In this document: positions 42,468-53,824 of the stretch, piece after piece
How positions within the stretch are numbered: the stretch's first letter is position 1
Layout of the letters: each line of letters opens with the position of its first letter
Assembly (NCBI GenBank): GCA_963808625.1
Contig: CAWEHK010000049.1
Location: 18,875 to 82,874, forward strand
Origin: an uncultured delta proteobacterium
GTDB lineage: Bacteria; Desulfobacterota; Syntrophobacteria; Syntrophobacterales; Syntrophobacteraceae
Direction: 5' to 3'
DNA length: 64,000 nt
Position numbers and translations under genes: made by a program
The notes under the pieces: generated by a model
The model's database searches: none
Seen by the model: the letters and a program-made list of their open reading frames with translations, nothing else
What the model was told of the DNA's origin: nothing

Positions 42468-42951
42468 TGAATACCGGGCCAACCTCGAGACCCTGATGCA
42501 ACTCCCGCTGTTCGCGGGACTCCCGCTCGAACCGCTGAAGGTCCTTGCCTACCTGTGCCGGCGGGAGACCTTCAAGCCAGGCGAGATCCTGTTCCATGAA
42601 CACGAAGTAGACGCCAATGCTTACTACATTCTCGAAGGGACCGCCGGGTTGCTCTCGGAAAGAAATGGGGGATCGGAATACACCGAATTTGGAGAGCGTG
42701 AATTCATTGGCGGCATGTCACTCTTTTGCGACATCAAACGTTTGTTTACCCTCAGGGCGAAGACCCGGGTGGTTTGCCTGACCCTGTCGCGGGACAAGTT
42801 TCAAAAGATCGTGGAGCGTTTCCCGGAGATCACCGACAAAATGGTGAAAGCGATTATACTGGGCGTACATGCATGGGAAGAGAGGTTCCTGAGGGAGCAT
42901 GCGCGGGCTTGTGACGGCTGCCGTAAGTGGGTCGGCGTCAGCCTGGTCTGA
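42433..42951 (+). CDS. Cyclic nucleotide-binding domain protein
   Basis: QLPLFAGL..FKPGEILF..AYYILEG..FIGGMSL..RLFTLRA. Confidence 0.85.
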   Translation: MNLSMGPKQPLSEYRANLETLMQLPLFAGLPLEPLKVLAYLCRRETFKPGEILFHEHEVDANAYYILEGTAGLLSERNGGSEYTEFGEREFIGGMSLFCDIKRLFTLRAKTRVVCLTLSRDKFQKIVERFPEITDKMVKAIILGVHAWEERFLREHARACDGCRKWVGVSLV

Positions 42952-42973
42952 AACTCCTCATGGTTGAGAGAAA

Positions 42974-43453
42974 ATGAAAGGGTTGCAGCTTTTGATGGAA
43001 ACCTTGCGCTTGCCTGCCAGGATGGAATCGCTGGAAATTTTTCGCCTGTTTGTGCTCGGGAAGCTGCGGCAGTTCAACCTGTCCCAGGAACTGGTGTTCA
43101 AGGTCGAACTGGTCCTGGAGGAGGTGCTGACGAACGTCATCCATTATGCTTATCCGGAAGAGGCAGGAGAGGTGGAAGTGGGATGCGCCATAGAAGGTCA
43201 TGACAAATTTTGCTTCTGCGTGACCGATTGGGGCATTCCCTTTAACCCCCTTGAACGCCCGGACCCCGAACTTTGTGAGGATCTCACGGAGCGCCACGTG
43301 GGAGGCCTGGGCATCTACCTGGTCCGCCATCTCGCCGACCAACTCCGCTATCGCCGGCAGGAGGGTGGAAACCTGCTGACGTTCTGCTTCGATCTTCAGC
43401 CTATTTCGCCCCAAGGGCCTTGGAAACCAACTCGGCAATATCACGAGAAGTGA
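42974..43453 (+). CDS. RsbW/SpoIIAB-type anti-sigma Ser kinase (HATPase_c_2)
   Basis: LVLEEVLTNVIHYAY, DWGIPFNPL, GGLGIYLV, GNLL. Confidence 0.88.
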   Translation: MKGLQLLMETLRLPARMESLEIFRLFVLGKLRQFNLSQELVFKVELVLEEVLTNVIHYAYPEEAGEVEVGCAIEGHDKFCFCVTDWGIPFNPLERPDPELCEDLTERHVGGLGIYLVRHLADQLRYRRQEGGNLLTFCFDLQPISPQGPWKPTRQYHEK

Positions 43454-45908
43454 AGGGCTTCATCACAAAGGCGCTCACTCCAAGCTCCCTGGCCTTCTCC
43501 TCGTTGATCGTTTCGCTGTAGCCGGAGCAGAGCACCACGGGAATGTCCGGTCGCATGCTCATGATTTTGCGGGCAAGTTCGGCACCGGTCATCGACGGCA
43601 TCGTGTAGTCCGTAAACACCAGGTCAAACCAATCAGGCTGTGCGCGGAACACCGCCAGTGCTTCGCGTCCGCTGGTCATGGAAATTACCTCATATCCAAG
43701 GTGACTCAGCATTTGTTTCCCCAAATCCGCCAGCGTCTCCTCGTCATCGACAAACAGGATACGCCCTGAGCCTCGTGGCATTGCCTCGAGCACCTCTTCC
43801 CTGTCCTGAACGTTCACTGCGTGCCTGGGAAGGTAAACCGTGAACGTACTCCCCACCCCCGGCTTACTGCTGACGTTGATGACGCCGCCATGGCTCTTCA
43901 CGATGCCGTGCACCACGGCGAGTCCCATTCCCGTACCCCGTCCCTGGCCTTTAGTTGTAAAAAAGGGATCAAAAATCCGTTCCATGATGGCAGGCTGAAT
44001 CCCCCCCCCCGTATCGCTGACGGTCAGTTGTATGCAGGGGGTGTCACTTAGCTTATCGTAGATGCTCAGTGCTTCTATCTCGGGATCTATGTCGGTCAGG
44101 CTTACCTCCATCACGCCACCCTTACCCTGCATCGCATAAGCGGCATTGGCGCACAGGTTCATCAGCACCTGGTGAATTTGGGTCGGGTCCGCGAGGACTA
44201 AACCATCCGATGCCAGCCGGACATGCTGACGAATCTCAATCGTTTTGGGGATAGACGCCCGGAGGAGTTTCAACGCCTCTTTTACGACCGGAGCGATTCG
44301 CACCGGCCGATGCTCTTTTTCTCTTTCATGAGTAAAGATCAGGATTTGTTTGATCAATTCCTTTGCCCGATGCGCCGCTTTGAGAATCCGTACAAGGTTC
44401 CGCTCCGTCGTGCTTCCGTGGGCCACCTTCGTCAGGGTCATCTCGGCATACCCAATGATTGCTGCCAGAATATTGTTGAAGTCATGAGCGATACCGCCGG
44501 CCAGAGTGCCAATCGCCTCCATCTTCTGGGTCTGCCGCAGGTGGGCCTCGAGATTGTGGTGGTCGGTCATGTCCTGATAGGTGAGCAGATGTTTGCCGTC
44601 ATCCATGACTACGGACCGAATATGGATGATTTTTGACTTGCCGTCCTTGCAGCAGACCGTGACCGTTCGATCTTTTACCGTCCCCGGCGCGGAGCTCTCA
44701 AGGATTTCCTTCTCCCAGAAGGAGATAACTTCGGCTCGGTAGGCGGGATCGGGGTAGGCTTTCCCAAACCACTGCCGTTGCCCCGGGAAATCATCCATTG
44801 TATAGCCCAGGATCTCGGTGAAAGCCGGGTTGAGGTATTCGAAGCTCAGGTCGCTGTTCATCAGTGAAATCCCGATGGGGGCCTTTTCAGCAAGCATCCG
44901 GAAGCGCTTTTCACTCTCACGAAGAGCTTCCTGGGCCAACCTTCGCTCGGTGACATCGCTTAGGGTCCCGATCACCCCGGTTACCTTTCCCGACTCGTCA
45001 CGGCAGCGAAAAGAATGGTCCCGGAGCCACCTCGATTCTCCGGACCGCGTACTAATCAGGAAGTCTGCCTGGTGTCGCCCGGTTTTCCCCGCAACCCGAT
45101 CCTGCATCAGGACTTCCACGGAGACGTCCTCGTGCCCGGGAATTTCGATTTGCTTCACCATGCTGAAGAAACCCAGGGCGTTGATTTCCCCAGGCCCGTA
45201 ACCCGTCAGTTGCCTGATTGCCGGACTGAGATAGTCATACCTCATGGAATCGCAGTTCATTCGGTAGAGTACATCTCCCGTGTTTTCCGTCAGGCGGCGC
45301 TCCTCGCTCTCCCGCAACTCTTCGGCAAGCTTGCACTCGGTAATGTCATGGAATGATTCGATGGCGCCAAGAAGCTTTCCTTCCTTGTCACAAATCGGAC
45401 TGGCCTTTCCCTGCAGGTAAAGCCATCTGCCGTTCATGAAGAGCATTTGAGCGGGTTCTGCCACCAAACCGTCCTGTTCTCTGCGGACATAGGCATATTT
45501 GCCTTCCACCTCCTCGTCGGTATCGAAGATGAGGTCAATCAGGATGGGCTGTCGAGCATCGTAAAGCGGTCGAGCATACTCGTAGTCTCCCTTTCCCAAA
45601 ATCGCCTCAGCCTTAATCCCGGTCAGTCTTTCCATGGCCGTGTTCCAGGCGACCACTTCTCGCTGGGTGTTGACCACCAATGTTGGGTCGGGAAGGTAGT
45701 CGGCGAGGCAGCACAGCAGATTTTGCGGATCACCAACGGCCCCCCCCGCCGGCGGCTTATGTTCGCCGGTCAGGGCTGACTGCGCGCTCTTCAGTTCGAT
45801 AATTTCCTCGTTGAGCGCGCGGTTTGTGGCTTCGAGCTCAGCAATTCTCCGGTAGAGGTCCCTCACTTCTTGAAGGCTTCTGACTGCTGTCTTATCCTCT
45901 TCAATCAT
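43401..45908 (-). CDS. Multi-PAS hybrid sensor histidine kinase/response regulator
   Basis: Three PAS domains; GIAHDFNNIL H box; NLCANA, DTGGGI, FDPFFTTK, GTGMGL; receiver VDDE..TDYTMP..KP. Confidence 0.93.
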   Translation of the reverse strand: MIEEDKTAVRSLQEVRDLYRRIAELEATNRALNEEIIELKSAQSALTGEHKPPAGGAVGDPQNLLCCLADYLPDPTLVVNTQREVVAWNTAMERLTGIKAEAILGKGDYEYARPLYDARQPILIDLIFDTDEEVEGKYAYVRREQDGLVAEPAQMLFMNGRWLYLQGKASPICDKEGKLLGAIESFHDITECKLAEELRESEERRLTENTGDVLYRMNCDSMRYDYLSPAIRQLTGYGPGEINALGFFSMVKQIEIPGHEDVSVEVLMQDRVAGKTGRHQADFLISTRSGESRWLRDHSFRCRDESGKVTGVIGTLSDVTERRLAQEALRESEKRFRMLAEKAPIGISLMNSDLSFEYLNPAFTEILGYTMDDFPGQRQWFGKAYPDPAYRAEVISFWEKEILESSAPGTVKDRTVTVCCKDGKSKIIHIRSVVMDDGKHLLTYQDMTDHHNLEAHLRQTQKMEAIGTLAGGIAHDFNNILAAIIGYAEMTLTKVAHGSTTERNLVRILKAAHRAKELIKQILIFTHEREKEHRPVRIAPVVKEALKLLRASIPKTIEIRQHVRLASDGLVLADPTQIHQVLMNLCANAAYAMQGKGGVMEVSLTDIDPEIEALSIYDKLSDTPCIQLTVSDTGGGIQPAIMERIFDPFFTTKGQGRGTGMGLAVVHGIVKSHGGVINVSSKPGVGSTFTVYLPRHAVNVQDREEVLEAMPRGSGRILFVDDEETLADLGKQMLSHLGYEVISMTSGREALAVFRAQPDWFDLVFTDYTMPSMTGAELARKIMSMRPDIPVVLCSGYSETINEEKARELGVSAFVMKPFTSRDIAELVSKALGAK

Positions 45909-45998
45909 CTCAAAATCCTTCGTTCCCGCATTAGCGGAGCCTTTCGCTGGTGCTCGGTGGAAAGCCTGCCGCCGCTTGTGATCAAGACCACTGTTTCA

Positions 45999-46361
45999 TC
46001 AGCAATTCAGGGTCTTCTTGAGCCACTCCCTCAGTTTCTCGCTAATGGCGTATACTCCCACGCCGGGCTTCCGTCCTCCGTCCTCGATGGCTTTTTGAAT
46101 CAACTCCTCGGGAGCATCGATTTTGGCCAGTTCTTCCATTGCCTTCATGTCTCTGCGAACCAGGGTGAGTCGCAATGGTTTCTCCCAATCGTAGATAACG
46201 AAATAATAGCTTTCCTGACCGGGATATCTGACAAAATCATCTTTTCGCGCCCACCCGGTCCCCCATTCCAAAAAGGTTTCCACCGCCTTTTCGGGAGTCA
46301 TTTCCAGGTCCAATTGGTCGATGATCTCACGATGCTTTTTCAATTCTTCCAGGTCCCACAT
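45999..46361 (-). CDS. DVU0772-family protein
   Basis: MTPEKAVETFLEWG..ESYYFVIYDW..LVRR..ELA; family assignment from recall. Confidence 0.65.
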   Translation of the reverse strand: MWDLEELKKHREIIDQLDLEMTPEKAVETFLEWGTGWARKDDFVRYPGQESYYFVIYDWEKPLRLTLVRRDMKAMEELAKIDAPEELIQKAIEDGGRKPGVGVYAISEKLREWLKKTLNC

Positions 46362-46647
46362 GGGGGTCCCCTCCTTTTTTCTCTTCACCTTGCAAAACCA
46401 AGACCAATGATCAAAAATTATGGCTTGACATGGTCGGTCCCTCCATCCTGTCAATCTGCGGTTCACCATTCATTGTATATTAGAGCGAGTGCGTTTTGAT
46501 TGTAAATCGGGAGTTCAGGGATGATCGGGGCAAGCGCTGAGTTTTCCGGAGCATTACAGGGGTGGCCTTAAAGCCGTCCATTCGGAGTGGGTGAGCTTTG
46601 GCCCTGGCGTGCCGGCCATTGGCCGCTTGGACCTTTCTTGCTCAAAC

Positions 46648-46785
46648 GGTGTCAAAATAGGTCTCCCGAATCACATTGCGTCATTCCGGCGAAAGCCGGA
46701 ACCCAGCCGGAATCCAAGGTATTTTAAGACCTCCCGGCCCCCGGCTTTCGTCGGGGTAGCGGGAGAGAAGGGCTTTTTTGACACC
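46648..46785. mobile_element. MITE-like element (GGTGTCAAAA / TTTTGACACC) enclosing GTCATTCCGGCGAAAGCCGGAA hairpin
   Basis: 10-bp TIR and internal palindromes. Confidence 0.55.
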
Positions 46786-46919
46786 CTCTCAGGAAGTGGC
46801 CGCATGAGTCAAGGCTGACACGAAAGGGGTTGGACAAAACTGGAAGAAATCGATTACAAGTCCCCATCGACGACGCGTTAAATGGCGGCTGGACGGATGA
46901 GGGAATTGTGGGGAAAGGA

Positions 46920-47750
46920 ATGACCGTGCACGAATATGTCCATGGATTTACCGAGCGGGAGAGCAGGAGGCTCCTCGACCAGGCGTCGACGCTCGTCGAG
47001 ATTTTGCACTCGGATACTCTCTACCCTACGGGAAGCAGTGTTCTCGAGGCCGGATGCGGCATCGGTGCTCAGACCTTATCCTTGGCCCGAAACAGCCCTG
47101 GAGCGAGGATCGTATCCATAGACATTGCCGAAAAATCCCTCGATGCCGCGAGGAAACGTGTTGCTGCGGAGGGGCTGAAAAATATAACATTTTGTCGCGC
47201 TGACATTTTTGCTTTACCGTTTCCCCCAGAAAGCTTTGACCATGTCTTCATTTGTTTTGTCTTGGAACACCTTCGGGACCCCGTCGCGGCGCTGGCATCC
47301 TTGAGCGCAGTATTGAAGAAGGGGGGGAGCATAACGGCCATCGAAGGGGATCACGGATCGACCTATTTCCATCCGGACAGCCCTGATGCCCTTCGCACCA
47401 TACAATGCCTGATCGATTTGCAGGCGGGGTTTGGAGGCAATGCTCTCATCGGGCGTCAATTGTATCCGCTCCTGACTGAGGCCGGGTTTCACTCCGTCGG
47501 GGTTTCTCCCAGAATGGTCTATGTTGACGCAAGCAGACCCAAGTTGGTGGAAGGGTTCACCAAACAGACTTTCATTGCGATGGTTGAGGGGGTCCGTCGG
47601 CAGGCACTGGAACTCGGGTTAATTGATCACGAAACGTGGGAAACAGGTATTCGCGATTTGTACCGAACCACCCACTCTGATGGTGTCTTTTGCTACACTT
47701 TTTTCAAAGGCCTTGCCTTGAAGCAGGGTAATGTGGTCCCCGCGTGCTGA
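46920..47750 (+). CDS. Class I SAM-dependent methyltransferase
   Basis: YVHG..ESRRL..VLEAGCGIG, SFDHVFICFVLEH. Confidence 0.88.
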   Translation: MTVHEYVHGFTERESRRLLDQASTLVEILHSDTLYPTGSSVLEAGCGIGAQTLSLARNSPGARIVSIDIAEKSLDAARKRVAAEGLKNITFCRADIFALPFPPESFDHVFICFVLEHLRDPVAALASLSAVLKKGGSITAIEGDHGSTYFHPDSPDALRTIQCLIDLQAGFGGNALIGRQLYPLLTEAGFHSVGVSPRMVYVDASRPKLVEGFTKQTFIAMVEGVRRQALELGLIDHETWETGIRDLYRTTHSDGVFCYTFFKGLALKQGNVVPAC

Positions 47751-47753
47751 TTA

Positions 47754-49335
47754 GTGGAGCATAAGCTGATGACCCCATCGTCTCCGCCTCAAACCAATAA
47801 GTGGGTCGTAGCGCTTACCGTCATTCTGCCGACCTTCCTCGAAGTCATGGATACGAGTGTGGTCAATGTTTCTCTGCCGCACATGCAGGGCAGTCTGAAT
47901 GCCGGGGTGGATGAGGTGACCTGGGTGTTGACCTCGTATCTCGTCGCCAATGCCATCATCATTCCCATCACCGGATGGCTCGCCAGCGTGTTTGGCCGGA
48001 AACGTTACCTGATCTTTTCCGTCGCCCTGTTCGTAGCGAGTTCGCTTGCCTGTGGAGCGGCGCCGTCTCTGGAACTTCTGGTTTTGGCCCGGATCCTTCA
48101 AGGGCTGGGGGGAGGCGGGTTGCAGCCGCTTTCTCAGGCGATCCTTCTTGAAACCTTCCCGCCCAAAGAACATGGAATGGCAATGGCGGTCTTTGGCATG
48201 GGAGTGGTTTTTGCCCCGATCCTCGGCCCCGTTGTCGGCGGATGGATTACCGACAACTGGAGCTGGCGCTGGGTCTTTTACATCAATCTGCCGATCGGCT
48301 TGATCTCGGTGGCACTGGCCGCCCTCCTCATTCATGATCCGCCGTATATCCGCCGCGCCAGGATCCATATCGATTCCTGGGGGCTCTTCCTGATCACCGC
48401 TGGACTGGGATGCCTGCAGGTGGTTCTCGATAAGGGCGAGCGCGAAGACTGGTTTGAGTCCAATTTCATCATCACGATGAGCATCGTTGCGGTGGTCGCG
48501 TTGATTCTCTTCGTGATCGTGGAACTCCGTGCCGAGCATCCGGTGGTAAATCTCCGGGTCTTTAAAGACCGCACCTTCGCGGCTGGTAACGTGATGATGT
48601 TTATGGGGTTCTTCTGTATGTTCGGGAGCTTCGTTCTGCTGCCGCTCTATGCTCAGACCCTCATGGGCTACACCGCAACCTGGGCAGGACTCGTGCTGGG
48701 GCCGGGAGGCATCGCCAGCCTTATCATGATGCCCATCGGCGGGGTGCTGATGAAGAGGGGAGTAAGGCCGCGCAGGTTGCTGGCGGTTGGACTCTTGACC
48801 ATGGCCGGCGCCCTGTGGCTCATGTCGGGACTCAATTTGGATGCCGATTTCCCGGCCATTGCGCTGCCTCGCTTCATCCAGGGTTTCGGTCTGGGGCTCT
48901 TCTTCGTGCCGCTCGCCGCTTCAACCTATGTCAATATCCCGAAGGAAGAAATGGGCAATGCCTCGGGCATCTTCAACCTGCTTCGCAATCTCGGCGGCAG
49001 TTTTGGCATTGCCACCGCCACTACCCTGGTTTCGCAGCGCTCGCAGCTGCACCAGACTTTCCTGACGGAAAACATAACCCCTTTCAGTCCCGCTCTGAGA
49101 GAGTACAGTCAACATTTGCTGGCACCTTTTCCCCGGCCACGACCCGTCGGGTGGAAACGCGCTCTTGGCGCTCGCGGGGATTTATCGTGAAGTGCTGCGA
49201 CAAGCGAGCATGCTGGCCTTTAATGACGTCTTCTGGCTCTTCGCGTGGCTTACGGCCATCCTCGCACCATTGACGATCTTCTTGAGGAGGGCCAAAGGAA
49301 CGGCTGGTCGCGAAACCACCGGGGGCCTTCATTAA
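47754..49335 (+). CDS. DHA2/EmrB-QacA MFS efflux permease, frameshift near C-terminus
   Basis: EVMDTSVVNVSLP, WVLTSYL, WRWVFYINLPIG, NLLRNLGGSFG. Confidence 0.9.
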
Positions 49336-49457
49336 AAAAGCCCCGGCTTCGCTGTCACCGTTTGAATGGCGGCATTATTCAGGACGGCATCTGTTGATTC
49401 TTTTCGAGTCGCGCAATGGATGGGGCGCACCGAGATGCAACCAGTGAAGATGGAACG

Positions 49458-50679
49458 ATGAGCGAATTTACGGCGGGCGAGGCCAAAACACCTGCAGTCC
49501 CATCATACGGGGTGCTGCTTTTTACCTGCTGTGCGGTGGCCGGGGCGTGCTATTTCGGCTCTTTCATGCGCGTGCCGGTGGTGCCTCTCTACGCCCTTTC
49601 CTTAGGCGCCGATGCCTTTCAGGTTGGTGTCATCAACGCTGCCTTTCTGTTCATGGCGGGAACCGTTTCTCTGCCCCTGGGCCTGGTCTCGGACCGGCTG
49701 GGACGCAAGCTGCTGGCCGTCACGGGCCTGGCGCTTGCAGCATGCTCTTGTTTTTTGCTCGCCTTCAGCAGCTCCACCGCCGAGTTGGTGGCGATTCATC
49801 TTTTGCTTGGCGTCAGCCTGGGGATGTTTGGTCCCACCATGATGTCTTATGTCGCCGATATCACTCCTGCAACGCATCTTGGTCGGGCCTACGGATGGTA
49901 TACCCTGGCCATCAACGGAGGGATGAGCGTAGGGCCGGCAGCAGGAGGAATCGTGGCGGAGTGGTTGGGCTTCCGGGCGGTTTTTGTCCTGTCGGGGGTG
50001 GAAATCCTGCTCGTATGTTTGATGACGCTCATCTTTCTTCCACGCGCTCGACACGTTGTCCTTCATCAACCCACAAGCCGAGACACCAGGGCATTGATGA
50101 AGGACCTTCCCAAAAATGTGGCGCTCCTCTCATGCTGGATGGTGACGCTGGGAAGCTGTTTTGCGGTTGGAATGTACACGACCTTTGTCCCCTTGCTGGC
50201 TGCCGAGCAAGGATTGAATCCCGGCGAGATCGGTCTCATTTTCGCCACCCAGGCACTTTTCAATGCCCTGTCGAGGGTCCCCTTCGGGCGGCTCAGTGAC
50301 ACCGTTGCCCGGCGGAGCGATCTCGTCGTCGTGGGTCTGATCGGCCTTAGCGGCGGCCTCGCCGGCTTTGGCGTTCGCGTCAAGCATGCTCGCGTTCATC
50401 CTGTGTGCCGCCGGCTTGGGGATCAGTATTGGGATTGCGTACACCGCAATTGGAGCGCTCATCCCGGAAGTGGTCAAGCCCGACTCCCGCGGTCTGGCGA
50501 TGGGCGGCTACAACAGTTGTATTTACCTCGGCATGATGCTGAGCTCCCTCGGGATGGGGGCGCTCGTGGGGGATCTGGGTTACAGGAATTGCTTTTTCAT
50601 CGTGGCCCTGACCAACCTGGTAACCACCGGGCTTTTCTATCTCATGATGAGCAAGGTCGGCATGGGCAGAAGGGCCTGA
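49458..50679 (+). CDS. MFS transporter, frameshifted
   Basis: GLVSDRLGRK motif A; about 12 TM across ORFs 49416..50789 and 50368..50679. Confidence 0.85.
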
Positions 50680-50940
50680 GCAGACAGGGAAAGTTTCTTT
50701 TGCCGGTTTTTTCGGGCGCTCCGTGTCTCCCCCAGACAAGGCGTCGTCGTTGCTGGTCGGGTCTTTTAGAGGGTGTCCAAAAAGGCTGAAAAAGCGCGGT
50801 TGTGGAAACGCAACCCCAATAACCCCAATATGCCGTCCGGATATCAGGGCCATTAGGATATCGCAGGAGGCGCATGCACGAGGCCGGTGCGAAGGCGTCC
50901 TTATGGTGTCCCTCCTCGACCGGGAGGCCGGAGTCCAAAC

Positions 50941-51555
50941 ATGACGAACAAGGTTCAGACGCTGGTTGGGCAGGTCAAGCCGGTAGATGTTTTTGTCCTC
51001 TCCTGCGCACACGAGGACGAAGAGTTGTGCGATGAGCTGGCAAAGCACCTCGCCTTGCTCGAAAGTCAGGGATATATCTCCAGCTGTCATGACTTCAAGG
51101 TCACGGTCGGATCCAAGGGGAAGGCAAAGATCGACGAGCACCTGAAATCCGCTCAGATCATTTTACTCCTGGTCAGTCCCGATTTCCTGGCTTCCGACTA
51201 CGGCCTCGATGGGGAGATGAAAAGGGCCCTGGAGCGTCACAGGGCAAACGAAGCCCGAGTGATCCCGGTCATCTTGCGCCATATCAATTGGCAAGAGACG
51301 CCCTTCGCCAGGCTCCAGGCCCTGCCTGTAAACGGCAGACCGGTCACGGATTTTCCCGATCGGGACAAGGCTTTCGCCCAGGTCGCGGAGGGCATTCGTA
51401 GGGTCGCGAAGGAACTGCGCGGCGAGGGGACGATGGCAATATGGAGTTGGCTGCCTCTGCCAGGCGGATCACCCGCCGGGACCTGGCTCTTTGCTGTGCT
51501 GGTGATCGCAGCAGCTTTGCTTGCAGGCTTGCTTGCGGGCAAGTATTTCTGGTAG
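50941..51555 (+). CDS. TIR-domain protein with C-terminal TM anchor
   Basis: VFVLSCAHED, AQIILLLVSPDFLASDY..EMKRALERH..VIPVILR..W..TPF..LQALP; hydrophobic tail. Confidence 0.82.
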   Translation: MTNKVQTLVGQVKPVDVFVLSCAHEDEELCDELAKHLALLESQGYISSCHDFKVTVGSKGKAKIDEHLKSAQIILLLVSPDFLASDYGLDGEMKRALERHRANEARVIPVILRHINWQETPFARLQALPVNGRPVTDFPDRDKAFAQVAEGIRRVAKELRGEGTMAIWSWLPLPGGSPAGTWLFAVLVIAAALLAGLLAGKYFW

Positions 51556-51664
51556 AAGGGGCAGAGTCGACGGGCGTTCCGTGCCCTCCTGGAGAGCGGC
51601 AAACGCAACGACTTTTCGTTATGCCTTGACGGACCAGGTTGAATAATGGTGGTTGGAGGAGTGA

Positions 51665-52556
51665 GTGCCTGAGCTCCCCGAGGTAGAGGTCATAAGACGC
51701 CGGGTGGCTCCTCGTGTCACCGGTCAGGCGGTGACCGAGGTCATCGTGCGCAATGCGGCAATGCGCTGGCCGGTGGCGGCGGAAATCACCTCAAAACTTC
51801 CCGGACAGATCATTCAGACCATCGAAAGGCGAGGCAAGTATCTCCTGTTCCGCTGCCCGGACGGAACCCTGATCCTCCACCTCGGCATGACCGGTTTCTT
51901 GCAGGCACTGGACGCATCCATCGCCCCGGGCAAACACGACCATCTCGATATTCTCTTAAGCAACGGCTGGTATCTCCGTTTCAATGACTATCGCCGGTTC
52001 GGGCTGGTCCTCTGGACTGAGGGTGATCCTCTGCACCACCCTCTGCTTGCACAGCATGGGCCGGAACCCTTTGATGAGGCCTTTAACGGTTCGTATCTCT
52101 ACCGGAGAAGCCGGGGCCGCAAAGCTGGAGTGAGGCAATTTCTCCTTGACCAGAGGATTGTCGCCGGGATCGGCAACATCTACGCCAATGAAGCGCTTTT
52201 TGCGGCACGCATCCACCCGGTGCGACCGGCCGGGAGAATCTCGCAGAGCCGCTACACGATTTCTGGCAGAAGCCATACGAAACGTGTTGAGAGATGCCAT
52301 CGACCAGGGCGGAACGCTTCTTGATTCCAGCGCGGGTTCTGAGTACTTTGAGCACTTCCGTTTGGAATTGCTGGTCTATGGTCGAACGGGGCAACCCTGT
52401 CCAAACTGTGGTACTCCGATCGAGCGTGGGCGGCACTCGCAACGCACGTATTATTTTTGCCGGAGCTGTCAGCGTTGGGTTTCCGGAGACCGGAATTATC
52501 GCCGAGAGGGCCGAAAAGGGCATGAAGAAATGAAACAGCATCAACAAAGGACCTGA
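51665..52556 (+). CDS. mutM: Formamidopyrimidine-DNA glycosylase, frameshift near 52260
   Basis: MPELPEVE, RRGKYL, HLGMTG, GIGNIYANEALF; zinc finger CPNC..FCRSCQ. Confidence 0.93.
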
Positions 52557-52572
52557 AGGGAGAAGAAATAGC

Positions 52573-53496
52573 ATGAAAATCGCAATCATGGGGACAGGCG
52601 GTGTCGGCGGCTATTACGGGGGACTGCTCGCCAGGGCCGGGCACGAAGTGACGTTCATTGCTCGCGGCGCGCATCTGGCGGCCATTCTTGACAAGGGGCT
52701 GCAGGTCAGGAGTGTCTTCGGCGACTTCCAGGTGTCACCGGCCCAGGCCACCGACACGCCGGGCACGGTGGGTGTGGTCGACCTGGTGCTATTTTCGACC
52801 AAAACCTACCACACCGATGAAGCGGCACAGCTCATCAAACCGATGATCGGCCGGGACACGGTGGTTATTTCCTTTCAGAACGGTGTGGATGCGGCGGAGC
52901 GGATCGGGCCGGTGGTGGGCGCGGAGCACCTCTTGGGCGGGGCGACCTGGCTTTCGGCGGCCATTGAAGGACCCGGAGTCATTGGCCAGTACAGCCAGTT
53001 CCGCCGGATTGTGGTGGGTGAATTCGATGGGCGTGTTACCCCGCGTGCGCAAGCGATCTCCGAGGTACTTAAGAGCACCGGGGCGACCGTCGAGGTGGTT
53101 CAGAACATTGCCCAAATCCTCTGGACCAAGTTCGTCTTTATCTCCGCCATCAGTGCCCTGGGCAGTCTGACCCGCGTAACGATGGGCGAATATCGCGGTG
53201 TTCGGGAAGCGCGGGCGGTGTTGACCGAGGCCATCAAGGAAGTGGTGGCGGTGGCCCAGGCCAAAGCCGTGGCCCTCGATCCGGACGTGGTGAATAATAC
53301 CCTGAAGTTCATCGATGACAGCGCGCCGGGCATCAAGCCCTCGATGCAACGGGACATCGAAGCCGGACGGATGAGTGAGCTGGAGTCCATGATCGGCATC
53401 GTCGTGAGGTTGGGTGCGGAGCTTGGCGTACCGACACCGGTCATGGGCCTGGCCTATGCGGTGCTGAAACCGGGAGAACTCAAAGCGCGAGCCTAG
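52573..53496 (+). CDS. panE: 2-dehydropantoate 2-reductase
   Basis: GTGGVGG, QNG, LWTKF, SMQRDIEAGRMSELE. Confidence 0.92.
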   Translation: MKIAIMGTGGVGGYYGGLLARAGHEVTFIARGAHLAAILDKGLQVRSVFGDFQVSPAQATDTPGTVGVVDLVLFSTKTYHTDEAAQLIKPMIGRDTVVISFQNGVDAAERIGPVVGAEHLLGGATWLSAAIEGPGVIGQYSQFRRIVVGEFDGRVTPRAQAISEVLKSTGATVEVVQNIAQILWTKFVFISAISALGSLTRVTMGEYRGVREARAVLTEAIKEVVAVAQAKAVALDPDVVNNTLKFIDDSAPGIKPSMQRDIEAGRMSELESMIGIVVRLGAELGVPTPVMGLAYAVLKPGELKARA

Positions 53497-53764
53497 CTTC
53501 TTTCCTGCACGACCCGGATGGGGCAGGGCTTTAACCCCGCCCTGAAAGGCAGCCCAAGGGACTGCGCTCGGCAGAGATTAGGGTCCCCCCTCTGAACACT
53601 GACTGCTCCAAGGGACTGCCATGAAGCTACTGGAGCAGCGGCTCCGTTTGTGGGGCAGGCTTTCCAGCCTGCTGGCGGACTGGAAAGTCCGCCCCACATG
53701 AGAAGGTTGTCGAATAAATGCAGCTTGGTGTAACAACCCGAATTTCGCGCCCGCCAGTCCGTCC

Positions 53765-53821
53765 CCAGCACCCAACACCCAACACCCAACACCCAACACT
53801 CAGCACCCAGCACCCAGCACT
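53765..53821. repeat. Heptamer tandem repeat (CAGCACC/CAACACC)n
   Basis: About 8 units immediately after the yhhQ stop. Confidence 0.85.
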
Positions 53822-53824
53822 GTT

